64,000 nt of DNA from Alphaproteobacteria bacterium (GCA_017937705.1 JAGBDC010000024.1:11079-75078), one strand, 5' to 3'; positions 8,967 through 18,155 are shown, counted from the stretch's first letter. The notes: generated by a model not told the origin, from the sequence alone. Numbers and translations: made by a program.

Positions 8967-9675
8967 GTCATTACGAGGAGCAGTGGTAACGAGCAATCTG
9001 TACTCTGTATTGTCATTGCGAGGAGCGGTAGTAACGAGCAATCCATAGTCCGTGCTGTCATTGCGAGGAGCGATAGCGACGTGGCAGTCCATAGTCCGTG
9101 CTGTCATTGCGAGGAGCGATAGCGACGCGGCAATCCATAGTCCGTGCTGTCATTGCGAGGAGCGGTAGCGACGCGGCAATCCATAGGATTTATAAGGCAT
9201 AACATTTCTGGATTGCTTCGCAAGGACTGACGTCCGCTCGCAATGACGACTCTTTTTGTCATTGCGAGGAGCGATAGCGACGTGGCAATCCATAGGATTT
9301 ATAAGGTATATAATTTCTGGATTGCTTCGCAAGGACTGACGTCCGCTCGCAATGACGAGAGAGAAGCTCGGACTTCTTTTTCAAAATCCGCTCGCAATGA
9401 CAAATGTGACATATTCTTATTTCCCTAAGTTTGCTCACAAAGTTAAAAATGTCATTGCGAGGAGCTGTGGTAACGAGCAATCCATAGTCCGTGCTGTCAT
9501 TGCGAGGAGCGATAGCGACGCGGCAATCCAGAGGTTTTATAAGGCATAATATTTCTGGATTGCTACGCAAGGACTGACGTCCGCTCGCAATGACGAGTGG
9601 GAGTATTTCGCAATGTTGGGTAGCTCGCAATGACGAGTGAGAGTATTTAGCAATATTTGGTAGCTAGTAATGACA
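8967..9675. repeat. composite cluster of tandem and palindromic repeats
   Basis: Six head-to-tail copies of a 45-46 bp unit (GTCATTGCGAGGAGCGATAGCGACGYGGCAATCCATAGTCCGTGCT) start at 8967, 9012, 9057, 9103, 9149 and 9451. Three 99-bp imperfect palindromes lie at 9149..9247, 9258..9356 and 9496..9594; their ends gtcattgcgag / ctcgcaatgac and ggcaatcca / tggattgc are reverse complements. About 2.3 copies of a ~39-bp unit (cgcaatgacgagtgRgagtatttMgcaatRttKggtagct) lie at about 9587..9670. Confidence 0.9.
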
Positions 9676-9727
9676 AAGGGGAGGGGATTCAACAATGTTT
9701 AGACATTCGTAATGGCGTGTTGCGTAT

Positions 9728-9756
9728 AAAAAAAAGAGGGAGTGGAACTCCCTCTT
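9728..9756 (-). terminator. rho-independent terminator of the pilin gene
   Basis: The stem aagagggag/ctccctctt has a 5-nt loop. The A-run on the plus strand reads as a T-run on the minus strand, 27 nt downstream of the pilin stop. Confidence 0.7.
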
Positions 9757-9782
9757 GAATTTTTCGGTTCAAACCGCTGTAA

Positions 9783-10394
9783 TTAGTAGTATGTCCATTG
9801 AACAGCGTTTGTATCACCTTCACCGCTACAACCGGCAGCAGCTTTTGCCAAAGCCAAAGGCAATGTAGCATCAGCTGTTGTACCTGTAGAATTAGCACCA
9901 GCTGTGAAAGCAGTACCTGTACCAGCACCGGTACCGGCAGCAACAGATACCAAACCAGAACCGGAACCAGAACCCCAGTCAGCTGTTGACAAAGCAACGC
10001 AAGCTTCTTTACCTAAACCGGTAAAGGTTACGGTAAAGCCCATGTTTGCAACAGAGTTTACGGCTGTAGCAGCTACGTCAACTTGACCATTGAAAGCGTT
10101 GTATGCTTTAGAAGCAGAAGTAGTAGACTTACCGCTCAACATTTCGGCACCGATAGCACCCATTTGAATAGCGATTGTTGTTGTCAAACCGGAATAGTTA
10201 GGTTGACCTGAGTACAAAGTACGAACGTTAGTAACAACGTTTGATACTTGGTCCATAGCTTTAGAAAGTTTGAACTTAGCCATAGCTTTTGAATAGCCTG
10301 CGATACCACCCACTGACAAAACGCCGATAATAGCTAACACACCGAGCATTTCAACCATTGAACGACCAGACTGTTCAGATCTAAATTTATTCAT
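9783..10394 (-). CDS. type IV pilin (major subunit of the type IVb-like pilus)
   Basis: 203 aa. MNKFRSEQSG|RSMVEMLGVLAIIGVLSVGG has a class III signal: Gly at -1, Glu at +5 and a hydrophobic alpha1-N helix. The globular part has two Cys (KEAC...AAAGCSG) that would form a D-region-type loop, plus a Gly/Ser/Thr-rich tract. GAGGAG precedes the ATG. Confidence 0.8.
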   Translation of the reverse strand: MNKFRSEQSGRSMVEMLGVLAIIGVLSVGGIAGYSKAMAKFKLSKAMDQVSNVVTNVRTLYSGQPNYSGLTTTIAIQMGAIGAEMLSGKSTTSASKAYNAFNGQVDVAATAVNSVANMGFTVTFTGLGKEACVALSTADWGSGSGSGLVSVAAGTGAGTGTAFTAGANSTGTTADATLPLALAKAAAGCSGEGDTNAVQWTYY

Positions 10395-10495
10395 AATATT
10401 CTCCTCAATAAAATATCACATTCCACTCAACAGGATGTTACATTTTTGTAACTTTGTCAAGTATATTTATGTATATAAGCTTTTTTGTGTATATA

Positions 10496-11050
10496 CTATT
10501 CAAAAGTCCATATAACTTTTGCTTTGTTTCCGCAAAAAAGTTTTGCCTCGGGCCGACTTATCGGTAAGGCATAGTCTGTTGCACTCCATTCAAAAATCCG
10601 ACTTTTTTCCGGTCCGATAATTGTAATTTGCAAAAGACCTAAAGTTTCTTGCTGTTCAAACTGATAAGACGAGGCATAAACACATTCTGCAAACGTCAAA
10701 TCGGTATAAACAACATCAAAGCTCTTTTCGCCGGGCATAACGACATCTCCGTTTTCGCCTTTTCCGATGAGAATAGGCTTGCCCAAAGCATTTATCAGCT
10801 GATTATTTTTGTAACGATATTTGGTTAAAATATCATTACTTTTTAAGCTTTCGGTGTTTAGCATCCAATAGCTTGCTTTTTGAGCATACAATTTTTGTAT
10901 GTCTTTAGCAATTGTCGCTACTTCTGCAGCAGCAACAGAAGCCTTATTCGGACGACTGTACCACCATAAGCAAACCATAACCGTCAGTAACAAACCGATG
11001 ATTATGGTAACTGTTTTTGTATTAATAACTTTTTTTAGCAAGTTTGCCAT
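10496..11050 (-). CDS. membrane-anchored pilin-fold protein (possible minor pilin or pilin-like accessory)
   Basis: 184 aa with an N-terminal TM helix (VTIIIGLLLTVMVCLWW) but no G|xxxxE prepilin site. The region after the helix mirrors the pilin: DIQKLYAQKASYWML against NVRTLYSGQPNYSGL, and VVYTDLTFAECVYASS against TVTFTGLGKEACVALS. Confidence 0.45.
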   Translation of the reverse strand: MANLLKKVINTKTVTIIIGLLLTVMVCLWWYSRPNKASVAAAEVATIAKDIQKLYAQKASYWMLNTESLKSNDILTKYRYKNNQLINALGKPILIGKGENGDVVMPGEKSFDVVYTDLTFAECVYASSYQFEQQETLGLLQITIIGPEKSRIFEWSATDYALPISRPEAKLFCGNKAKVIWTFE

Positions 11051-11053
11051 TTT

Positions 11054-12181
11054 TTACATACCCATTGCCGTGGTAATTTGGTCTTGCATCACGAAGGTAC
11101 CCATAACTGACCAAGCAATAATGCCGGACACGCAGAGCAATGCCACCATGTTTAATACCGCCGCTTTTTGTTCAATGAGAAACGCAGATTCATCCAGCCA
11201 GTCATTGGCCATTTTTTCTAGTGCTTCTTCAAAGTTATCCATTTCTGAATAAATTTTTAGGTCGGCGATAATTTCAGGGTCAGGAAAGTTTAATCCGGTC
11301 TTTGATAATGCTTGTCCTAAGTTGTCACCGTTATTGATAAAAACTAAAGTTTTATCGATTCTTTCCTTTAAATAACGAGTTGAGTCCTTTCTTAGTGCGC
11401 GCAAAGCATTAGAAACAGGGGTTCCGCCCTTTACCAAAGCAGACAAAGCCAACAACCACGTAATACCAACGAACACTTTATACAAAGACCAAGGCGGACA
11501 GTTATCAATTACGGCTCTGATACTTCCGGTCCAAATTCCGATAGTGCTGTAAATTATGATACCTAATACCGGCACAATAGAGAAGGCAATCGGCCAATAA
11601 ACAATAATCCATGCAGATAAGTCGGCCAAGCTTTTTGCCAAACCTGTCCATTGAGCATTAGGCGCAGCTTCTAACATCGGTGGCACCATGTAGGCACCGA
11701 TACCATAAATAATAACCGTAACCATCATTAACAAGAATGCCGGATAGCTGATGGCGCTCTTAATCGGACGAATCATCTTGGTTGTACCTTCGGTTACTCG
11801 GATAAGGTTGCGAATCGCACTTTCCAAGTCCGAAACGTCACCCACGGAAAGCATCAATCTTTCTCTATCCGGTGCCCACCCTTTCAAAGCTTCAGAAAAA
11901 GGTTTACCGTTTTGTAGGGCGTTTGCCCAAGTAGCAATCGCTATAGCCATCGGTTCACTGGGGTTCTTTCCGTCATTGGTAATTGTTGCGTGCAACATAT
12001 CCAACGCATTCATCAAAGAAAATCGGTTGGACATCAAAGATGCAATTTTACGATATAGTTTTAAGCGCACACCACCCGACATATTGCAAATCATCTTTGC
12101 ATAATAAACTTCTATTGAGTTAAGTTTTTGCATAGCACGGGCAAGATTTTGTGCCGATTCTCTTTTTCTGTTTTCGTCCAT
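11054..12181 (-). CDS. type IV pilus platform protein (GspF/PilC family; R64 PilR / BfpE position)
   Basis: 375 aa. It has the duplicated GspF-type architecture (T2SSF, PF00482) with three hydrophobic segments and lies immediately downstream of the ATPase. Confidence 0.85.
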   Translation of the reverse strand: MDENRKRESAQNLARAMQKLNSIEVYYAKMICNMSGGVRLKLYRKIASLMSNRFSLMNALDMLHATITNDGKNPSEPMAIAIATWANALQNGKPFSEALKGWAPDRERLMLSVGDVSDLESAIRNLIRVTEGTTKMIRPIKSAISYPAFLLMMVTVIIYGIGAYMVPPMLEAAPNAQWTGLAKSLADLSAWIIVYWPIAFSIVPVLGIIIYSTIGIWTGSIRAVIDNCPPWSLYKVFVGITWLLALSALVKGGTPVSNALRALRKDSTRYLKERIDKTLVFINNGDNLGQALSKTGLNFPDPEIIADLKIYSEMDNFEEALEKMANDWLDESAFLIEQKAAVLNMVALLCVSGIIAWSVMGTFVMQDQITTAMGM

Positions 12182-12199
12182 CTTTATCTCCGCTTTTTA

Positions 12200-13846
12200 C
12201 TAATATACCGGACGTTGGTCTAACAATCCGCACCAACGTTCAACTTCGTCAATACCAATTAAACCTTTTAACATTCTTTCCAATGCAACGTCTTTCATTG
12301 GACGTCCGTTCAAATCACTGGTCCAATAGTCAATAGCTTTACGAGTTTCACCATTAATCATTAATTGTAAGAAAGTTGCATCAGGCAAAATCATTTCTTG
12401 AATACCTAAACGGCCTTTAATACCACGACCCCCACAGAATTTGCACCCCGGTCCTCTCAAAAATGCATTTTCTAAACCAAAGTCACCTAAAGCGATTCGC
12501 AATCTCTTTACCGAAGGGTCATCCAAACAATCTTTGGCAGGTGTTCTGCAATAAGGGCATAATCTTTGGAACAAACGTTGAGAAACAAGCCCTTTTAACA
12601 ATTCCGGGTCACCTAACATATAATATTGTACGCCCATATCACGCAAACGAGTAACAATAGCCGGAGCCGAGTTTGCGTGCAATGTCGTCCAAACCAAGTG
12701 TCCGGACAAAGCGCCCTTAAACACGAGGTTTGCCGCTGATAAAGAACGTGTTTCACCTACCATCAATACGTCCGGGTCAGAACGTAAGGCCGCATTCAAT
12801 GCCAAACCGAACTGTTGAGCTTTTTCTTCTTCGGTGTTCGCATTGGTAACCGGCATTTGTCTCGCGCCGGGAATCGGATATTCAGGAGGGTCTTCCACTG
12901 TCAAAAGATTAACTTCATTACGTTTTTCTTTAATCAGTTTAATCATATTACGTTGTAATAATGTCGATTTGCCCGAACCGGTAGGTCCTGCCACAACGTT
13001 CAACCCCACAGGAGCCGAGCGTAAACGGAAGAACAAGTCTTGTTCATAATCGCCACAACCTAAAGCAGACAAGTCATCACTACCGTCAGGGTTATCATCG
13101 GCATACAAAACACGCATAACTAAATATTGTGAACCGAAAGCAATCGGATTAAATTGTAAACGAATCGCCAAAACATTATGCGGTAACATTAATTTACCTT
13201 TTGAACCGCGTAATGGTGTAGAACCTAATTTTTGCGCGCCTTGGAATTCGTTTTGAGCGTAGTTAGAGTCGGAAATATCAGAAGAAGCAAAGGCTGCACG
13301 AACAAACAATTCTCCCCAATCTTTGCTATATTCCATTTCTTTTACCATCACACCATTGGTGCGGAATACAACTTCTGAACAGTTATCAGACACAATAACG
13401 TGAATATCCGACACTTTCATAGAAGATGCTCGTCTTACAATATTTACGAAGTCTTGTTGCATTTGCAAACGTTCCAAATCGACATCATCACCTGATATCG
13501 TTTTGTTACGTTCTGCCATTGCATAGATGGTATTTAATTCATTTTGCGAAACATATTGTACAGGTTGCATTTGCAACCCTTTTTTCATCGCAATGGTTTG
13601 AAAGTTTAATACAGGTCCGTCAAATTTATGTTCGGCCGATACCAAAAACTGGCCGTCCGAAAATAGAGCCAAACGGCGACGAGTTTCATCGTTTACATTT
13701 AAAGTGCTACCATCCGGAAGCTTTGCTCCCGGCAAGGTGCATAAATAATTTCCGTTTGCGAATAAGGCTTCGATAAAAGCTTTCGAATCTCTTTTCTTTT
13801 CTTCGGGCTTTTCCGAAGCCTCTTCCTTTTTCTCTTCTTCTGCCAT
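12200..13846 (-). CDS. type IV pilus assembly ATPase (GspE/PilB family; R64 PilQ / BfpD position)
   Basis: 548 aa. It carries Walker A VVAGPTGSGKST, LLTVEDPPEY, LMVGETRS, the His box HLVWTTLHANSA and the tetracysteine motif CPYC...CKFCGG typical of T2SSE (PF00437). Confidence 0.9.
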   Translation of the reverse strand: MAEEEKKEEASEKPEEKKRDSKAFIEALFANGNYLCTLPGAKLPDGSTLNVNDETRRRLALFSDGQFLVSAEHKFDGPVLNFQTIAMKKGLQMQPVQYVSQNELNTIYAMAERNKTISGDDVDLERLQMQQDFVNIVRRASSMKVSDIHVIVSDNCSEVVFRTNGVMVKEMEYSKDWGELFVRAAFASSDISDSNYAQNEFQGAQKLGSTPLRGSKGKLMLPHNVLAIRLQFNPIAFGSQYLVMRVLYADDNPDGSDDLSALGCGDYEQDLFFRLRSAPVGLNVVAGPTGSGKSTLLQRNMIKLIKEKRNEVNLLTVEDPPEYPIPGARQMPVTNANTEEEKAQQFGLALNAALRSDPDVLMVGETRSLSAANLVFKGALSGHLVWTTLHANSAPAIVTRLRDMGVQYYMLGDPELLKGLVSQRLFQRLCPYCRTPAKDCLDDPSVKRLRIALGDFGLENAFLRGPGCKFCGGRGIKGRLGIQEMILPDATFLQLMINGETRKAIDYWTSDLNGRPMKDVALERMLKGLIGIDEVERWCGLLDQRPVY

Positions 13847-13859
13847 TTTCTATGACTTA

Positions 13860-15299
13860 CTATTTAATAATCATGCCTCTGCCCAAACTTGGGATTCCTG
13901 AAGTTTTTGACAGAGATCCCCTACCGCCAGAAGAGCTATTTCCGCCTTTTTTGCTGTCAGCACTTTCTTTGATGGTAACAGCCGGTGGTAATGGTTCTCT
14001 ATCTAATACACCGCCTGCCGAAAAGTACAGATAATCCTTGTCATTATCTTTTACGGCGCCTAAGAAAGTTTGTGTGATTTCATCAATAGTGTAGCCGTTA
14101 CGCAAAGTTGTTCCTACTTTAGCCATAAACACATCCCCATCTTCGTTGATGAGTTTAGCGGTTAAATCTTCACCTTGTCCGCTAATTTCCATAATCGCAT
14201 ATTCTCTACTTAATTTTACTTTTTCGGGGGCTACTGCACCTGATGTTGCTCCACCGCTGGCAAAAGGATTTTTCTTTGCAGTTCTGCTGATTTTAGCTTT
14301 CTTAGCTTTTTCTATTTCTGCCTCAAGTCTGGTTTTCAAAATAGAAATTTGACTTTCAAGGTTAGCAACTTTCTTGTCATGGTTAATTCTTGCTGCTTCG
14401 GCTTTTGTTCTGGTCTCTTCAGCTTTTTGTTGAATTACCGAAAGCTTGTTTTTTTGATCAGCAATCAAATCTTTTATTTCTTTGTCTTTCTTGGCCATTT
14501 CAGCATAGATTTCGGAATTTTTCTTAATCCATTTTTGCGTAGATGCCAACATTGTTTCTTTATAGGCCTTAACAATCTTTTCTTGGCGAAGCTTTTCCAT
14601 AGCGATTTCAACTTCTTTAAGCTTTCTTTGTTCTTCTACCATTAAACGATCTTGTTCGTTCTGCCATTCGATTCGTTCACGCTCTTTTTGCTCTTTCTTA
14701 GCGTCTTCTTCTTCTTGTGCTTTTTGTCTTTGAGCTTTAACTGCCGCAATTTCATTTGCTACACGCTCTTTTTTCAGCTCAAGATTAAGCAATGTTGTTT
14801 GTTTTTCCAAATCAGACATTCTGGTAAACAACTCATTATTAACAACTGCTGCAACATTAGGATCTGTTACACCTGATGGTACAGGAGCTCCTAATAATCC
14901 ACCGCTAGGAAGTGGTGCCGGTTGTTGGGCAACAGGAATATCTGCCGGAGTAGCTTCTATTTGCATATCAAGACTACTACCTGAATTATCGAAATCCATA
15001 GATATTTCACCACCGGTATTTTCTACTTCCATAGGAATAACATCCGATTGTGCACTTACTGTTGTCGGTTCATTAGGTGTTATCAAACCGCCTTCACCAG
15101 GAATTGATACATCCAGTGAAATATCGGCAGAAACAGGAATACCTGCATCCGGAGCCAAAGATATTTCATCTTCTTCATCAGCCAACAAAGTAACTGTTCC
15201 TTGAGCATTAGCTGTTTCTGCTAACAATCCTGCAGCAACCAAAACCGCCAAACTACATAATGTATTTCTAAAACTATAATGCATAGATAGCTCCTTCAT
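13860..15299 (-). CDS. PilP-like pilus biogenesis protein with a long coiled-coil insert
   Basis: 479 aa. A signal peptide is apparent if the start is at 15284 (MHYSFRNTLCSLAVLVAAGLLAETANAQ). An acidic region and ~170 aa of Lys/Glu coiled coil follow. The C-terminal beta-domain AIMEISGQGEDLTAKLINEDGDVFMAKVGTTLRNGYTIDEI looks like PilP/GspC HR-type secretin-binding domains. Confidence 0.55.
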   Translation of the reverse strand: MKELSMHYSFRNTLCSLAVLVAAGLLAETANAQGTVTLLADEEDEISLAPDAGIPVSADISLDVSIPGEGGLITPNEPTTVSAQSDVIPMEVENTGGEISMDFDNSGSSLDMQIEATPADIPVAQQPAPLPSGGLLGAPVPSGVTDPNVAAVVNNELFTRMSDLEKQTTLLNLELKKERVANEIAAVKAQRQKAQEEEDAKKEQKERERIEWQNEQDRLMVEEQRKLKEVEIAMEKLRQEKIVKAYKETMLASTQKWIKKNSEIYAEMAKKDKEIKDLIADQKNKLSVIQQKAEETRTKAEAARINHDKKVANLESQISILKTRLEAEIEKAKKAKISRTAKKNPFASGGATSGAVAPEKVKLSREYAIMEISGQGEDLTAKLINEDGDVFMAKVGTTLRNGYTIDEITQTFLGAVKDNDKDYLYFSAGGVLDREPLPPAVTIKESADSKKGGNSSSGGRGSLSKTSGIPSLGRGMIIK

Positions 15300-16548
15300 A
15301 ATCCCAAACCCCTGTTTCCGGGTTGTATTTTATTGAATTCATCTCAAGTCCTGAGAATTTTGTTAATAAACCGCTCCAAATTCTCGGATTATAACCGGAT
15401 GAGAACTTGAATTTAACAGAATTATATACATTCTGCTGCGGTGATGTATATGTGTAATCTGTCAAAGTTACGCTTTGACCGATTGATTGGAAAAAGTCAT
15501 TCAAATTATTTTTCAAATCAACCAAATTTTTAGTCGGTTCAGACGCTTCCGTATCAATAGAACCCAGAGAAATTGCTGCCATAGCTGTATTACCGTCGCC
15601 GGAAATGGATCTTGCCGAAAAACTAATTCCGGAAGCTGTTAACGCCTGATCAATAATCGAAATTCTGCCGATTTCTCTTGTCCATGATGTCGCTGTTCCT
15701 CCAAGGTTACAGTCTATACCACCGATTTTCCAACCTGGAGGCATAATCCTCATCAAATCTAACGTATTAGTATAGCAACGTTGCATGAAAACAGCCTGAA
15801 TTGGCAAGCTTTCCCATGGTTTTGGCTCTGGCGGAATTTCCTGCTGTTTTACCATCTTCGGCTGAATAGGTACAACCACCGGTGCCGGAGGCGAATCGAA
15901 AAGCATCATAAACAATTTGTAGACGACAAACAAAGCAACAAAAGCAACCGCACCGGCAATCATGTAAAAAGTCTTACCTTTTGTATTAATCTTTTGTAAC
16001 TTTACTCTATTACCTCTTTGCATAAGGTCTGCAATATCAGGATATAAAGTATCGTCAATTCCCCATTCCGGAGGTGCTATTTTCAGACGCCAATCCGGAA
16101 CCATCAACATGCTCATAAATTGCTTCTTAGCATCTTCTTCTGAAAGATACAGCATGTCGCCGTTAGCTAAAATTACATCATCACGTACACAAACATACCA
16201 CCACCCATTGTTAACTTTGAATACAGCCACAAATGATGGTTGATCCGCCAGTGCTGTAGCCACGGTAACCGCACCTACTTGCTCGCCTTGCTTATACCCA
16301 TCTGTAGATACACAAATACCGAACTGAGGCGTTTTTCCTTTCTTTATACAAAATAGGTCGGCTCCTTCCAAAACGCCTTGTGACGATTCGATAACTTCCG
16401 GTTGAGGATTTTCTTGATTTTGTAATGATTGCCAGAATAGGCTGGTAGCATATTCAATACCATCCACATAGATACTTGATCCCCAAGTTCTATTGGTGTC
16501 AATCACGCCATTTGATGTATTTACGTCTTCTACCATTGTTTTCCTCAA
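15274..16548 (-). CDS. bitopic pilus assembly protein (R64 PilO-like position and topology)
   Basis: 424 aa. A ~190-aa cytoplasmic domain, a single TM helix (FYMIAGAVAFVALFVVYKLFMMLF), a Pro-rich linker and a periplasmic domain follow one another. It sits between the secretin and the PilP-like gene, as in pilN-pilO-pilP of R64. The assignment rests on position and topology only. Confidence 0.5.
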   Translation of the reverse strand: MRKTMVEDVNTSNGVIDTNRTWGSSIYVDGIEYATSLFWQSLQNQENPQPEVIESSQGVLEGADLFCIKKGKTPQFGICVSTDGYKQGEQVGAVTVATALADQPSFVAVFKVNNGWWYVCVRDDVILANGDMLYLSEEDAKKQFMSMLMVPDWRLKIAPPEWGIDDTLYPDIADLMQRGNRVKLQKINTKGKTFYMIAGAVAFVALFVVYKLFMMLFDSPPAPVVVPIQPKMVKQQEIPPEPKPWESLPIQAVFMQRCYTNTLDLMRIMPPGWKIGGIDCNLGGTATSWTREIGRISIIDQALTASGISFSARSISGDGNTAMAAISLGSIDTEASEPTKNLVDLKNNLNDFFQSIGQSVTLTDYTYTSPQQNVYNSVKFKFSSGYNPRIWSGLLTKFSGLEMNSIKYNPETGVWDYEGAIYAL

Positions 16549-16553
16549 TAATC

Positions 16554-18155
16554 TTAGTTATGTACACGAGTCTCCGGATTTAATGGAGATTCCAAAACTA
16601 CCGGTGTTAAGATGATAACCAAAATACTTCTGCTTTTATCTGCAATCGCAGAGCCGCCTAACAAAGAATTATCAGCAGAACCCAATCCTGTTTTCAATGC
16701 TTCATTTTCAGCTCTTTCATAACCGGTAAGTACCAATGATTCACCAGACTTTAACACAACTTCTTGTGAGAAACCGCGAGATTCTATATGTGGGTTTTGA
16801 ATATATTGCCCGCCTTCATCTCCGATATCAACTCTTTGTAATTCTAATAAATCTGACAAAGTGAGGTTAAACATTACCATTAAACGCCCATGTTCCAATA
16901 TTCTTGGTAAAACACTCATAGTAAAGCCTGTTTCAACTTCTTCTGTCTCTACAGAGATATCATAGTTTTCACCTTCCCCACCGCTATTAGTCTTAGTGAT
17001 TTCTGAAATATAGTTTTGTTTTTTTACTACTTGAATAGGAGCAGGTTTGTTGTTCATAGTCGTAACCGTACCGCTGGTAATCATATTAACGGTATTTTTC
17101 TTTGATAAAGCTTGAATACCAGCTGTGACATTCCAAGTACCGGGCATTACTGTCATTGCTAAATTTTGAGTTATATCATCAGCAATTCCTGTTGAAGGAC
17201 TGACTATGTCAACTAACTCTCCTGCATCGTTACCCCAAGTTCCTCTCAAATCTAAGCCAAAAGTATCATTATCAGTAATATTAACTTGTAAAACCTTAAC
17301 ACTGATTGCAACTTGACGAGACAAACGAGCATTTTGCTCATTTATATACTTGGCAACTTTTCTAATATCAGTAGGTGTTGCGGTCAAAGAAATAATTCCA
17401 TTGCCTGAGTCGATAGATATTTTTGCATCTTCAGCTACCATCGACTTAATAGAATCTTCGATGCTTTTCCATAATTCCATCTCTGCTTTTGAATCTAAAG
17501 TCAAAGCTGATGTACCTCCACCGCCGGAATCTGTGGATGAACCGCCGATATTATTAGATAGGCTTTGTTGTGTCGGTAAGCTGTACAAAACAAAAGTCTT
17601 GGTGATGTACTTATAGAATTGAATTTCATTCTTTTCATATCTCCACCAAATTCCGAAACGAGAAGATATCTCGTCTAACAAGCCACTTAAAGGACCACGA
17701 TAAGAAACCAACATTTTTCCCGGAGCAGCCCAGTGAGCATTCATACTTTCGGGAGTCGGTTCATTTTCTTCAGCTGCCTTTTTAATATCTTCTTCCATAC
17801 TTGGAGCATAACGAACATTTAAAGAGGTGATTTTGCTAATCATGTCCCCAATTTCAAACAAAGTAATAGGTCTATTACTGATGAGAGTAACCCCTTCTTT
17901 TGTTTCAAAATTAGCCGGTAAAGGAGCTCCGTCATATTCTACAACGCTCTTATCGCCAAGCCAAATTTCATCCTTAACGCGAACTACATCGTTAGGAGCT
18001 ATCTCTGTAGGCATTTTGGCTTTTTCTTTTAATTCTGTTGTAGCCTCTACTTCTCTCTCTAGGGTAGCATCCATGCTTGTTGAAATGCTGCAAGCTCCGA
18101 TAATTGCGACTACACCGAAACTTAATCCGTATTTAATCCATTTATTCATATGCAT
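16554..18155 (-). CDS. outer-membrane secretin lipoprotein (R64 PilN / BfpB-type)
   Basis: The track ORF runs to 18176. GGAGGA favours an ATG at 18155 or 18149 (MHMNKWIKYGLSFGVVAIIGAC, lipobox IIGAC). The C-terminal secretin domain (PF00263 pattern) reads GFTMSVLPRI...VVLKSGESLVLTGYE...SILVIILTPVVL. The start overlaps the upstream stop. Confidence 0.85.
   Translation of the reverse strand: MHMNKWIKYGLSFGVVAIIGACSISTSMDATLEREVEATTELKEKAKMPTEIAPNDVVRVKDEIWLGDKSVVEYDGAPLPANFETKEGVTLISNRPITLFEIGDMISKITSLNVRYAPSMEEDIKKAAEENEPTPESMNAHWAAPGKMLVSYRGPLSGLLDEISSRFGIWWRYEKNEIQFYKYITKTFVLYSLPTQQSLSNNIGGSSTDSGGGGTSALTLDSKAEMELWKSIEDSIKSMVAEDAKISIDSGNGIISLTATPTDIRKVAKYINEQNARLSRQVAISVKVLQVNITDNDTFGLDLRGTWGNDAGELVDIVSPSTGIADDITQNLAMTVMPGTWNVTAGIQALSKKNTVNMITSGTVTTMNNKPAPIQVVKKQNYISEITKTNSGGEGENYDISVETEEVETGFTMSVLPRILEHGRLMVMFNLTLSDLLELQRVDIGDEGGQYIQNPHIESRGFSQEVVLKSGESLVLTGYERAENEALKTGLGSADNSLLGGSAIADKSRSILVIILTPVVLESPLNPETRVHN

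Noticed and set aside
8883-9630. Track ORFs 8883..9107(-), 9150..9332(-), 9243..9428(+), 9259..9630(-) and 9352..9549(+).
   Set aside because: They are translations of the repeat units (recurrent VIARSDSDVAI / APRNDxxxY peptides in several frames and on both strands). They have no RBS or coherent start and they overlap one another, so they are not genes.
8967-9675. Possible CRISPR array, because of regularly spaced ~45-bp repeats.
   Set aside because: The units abut each other with no unique spacers between them. Several copies are parts of long palindromes, and there are no cas genes in the window. This is a tandem/palindromic repeat cluster, not CRISPR.
9689-10086. Alternative-frame and antisense ORFs overlapping the pilin gene (9689..9997-, 9798..9989+, 9904..10086+).
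   Set aside because: They are low-complexity artefacts of the GC-rich Gly/Ser/Thr-coding tract. The pilin frame has the class III signal, an RBS and a terminator.
10395-10495. A sigma54 (-24 GG / -12 GC) promoter upstream of the pilin gene, as is common for type IV pilins.
   Set aside because: The only candidate, tggaatgtgatatttta, lacks the -12 GC element, so no convincing match exists.
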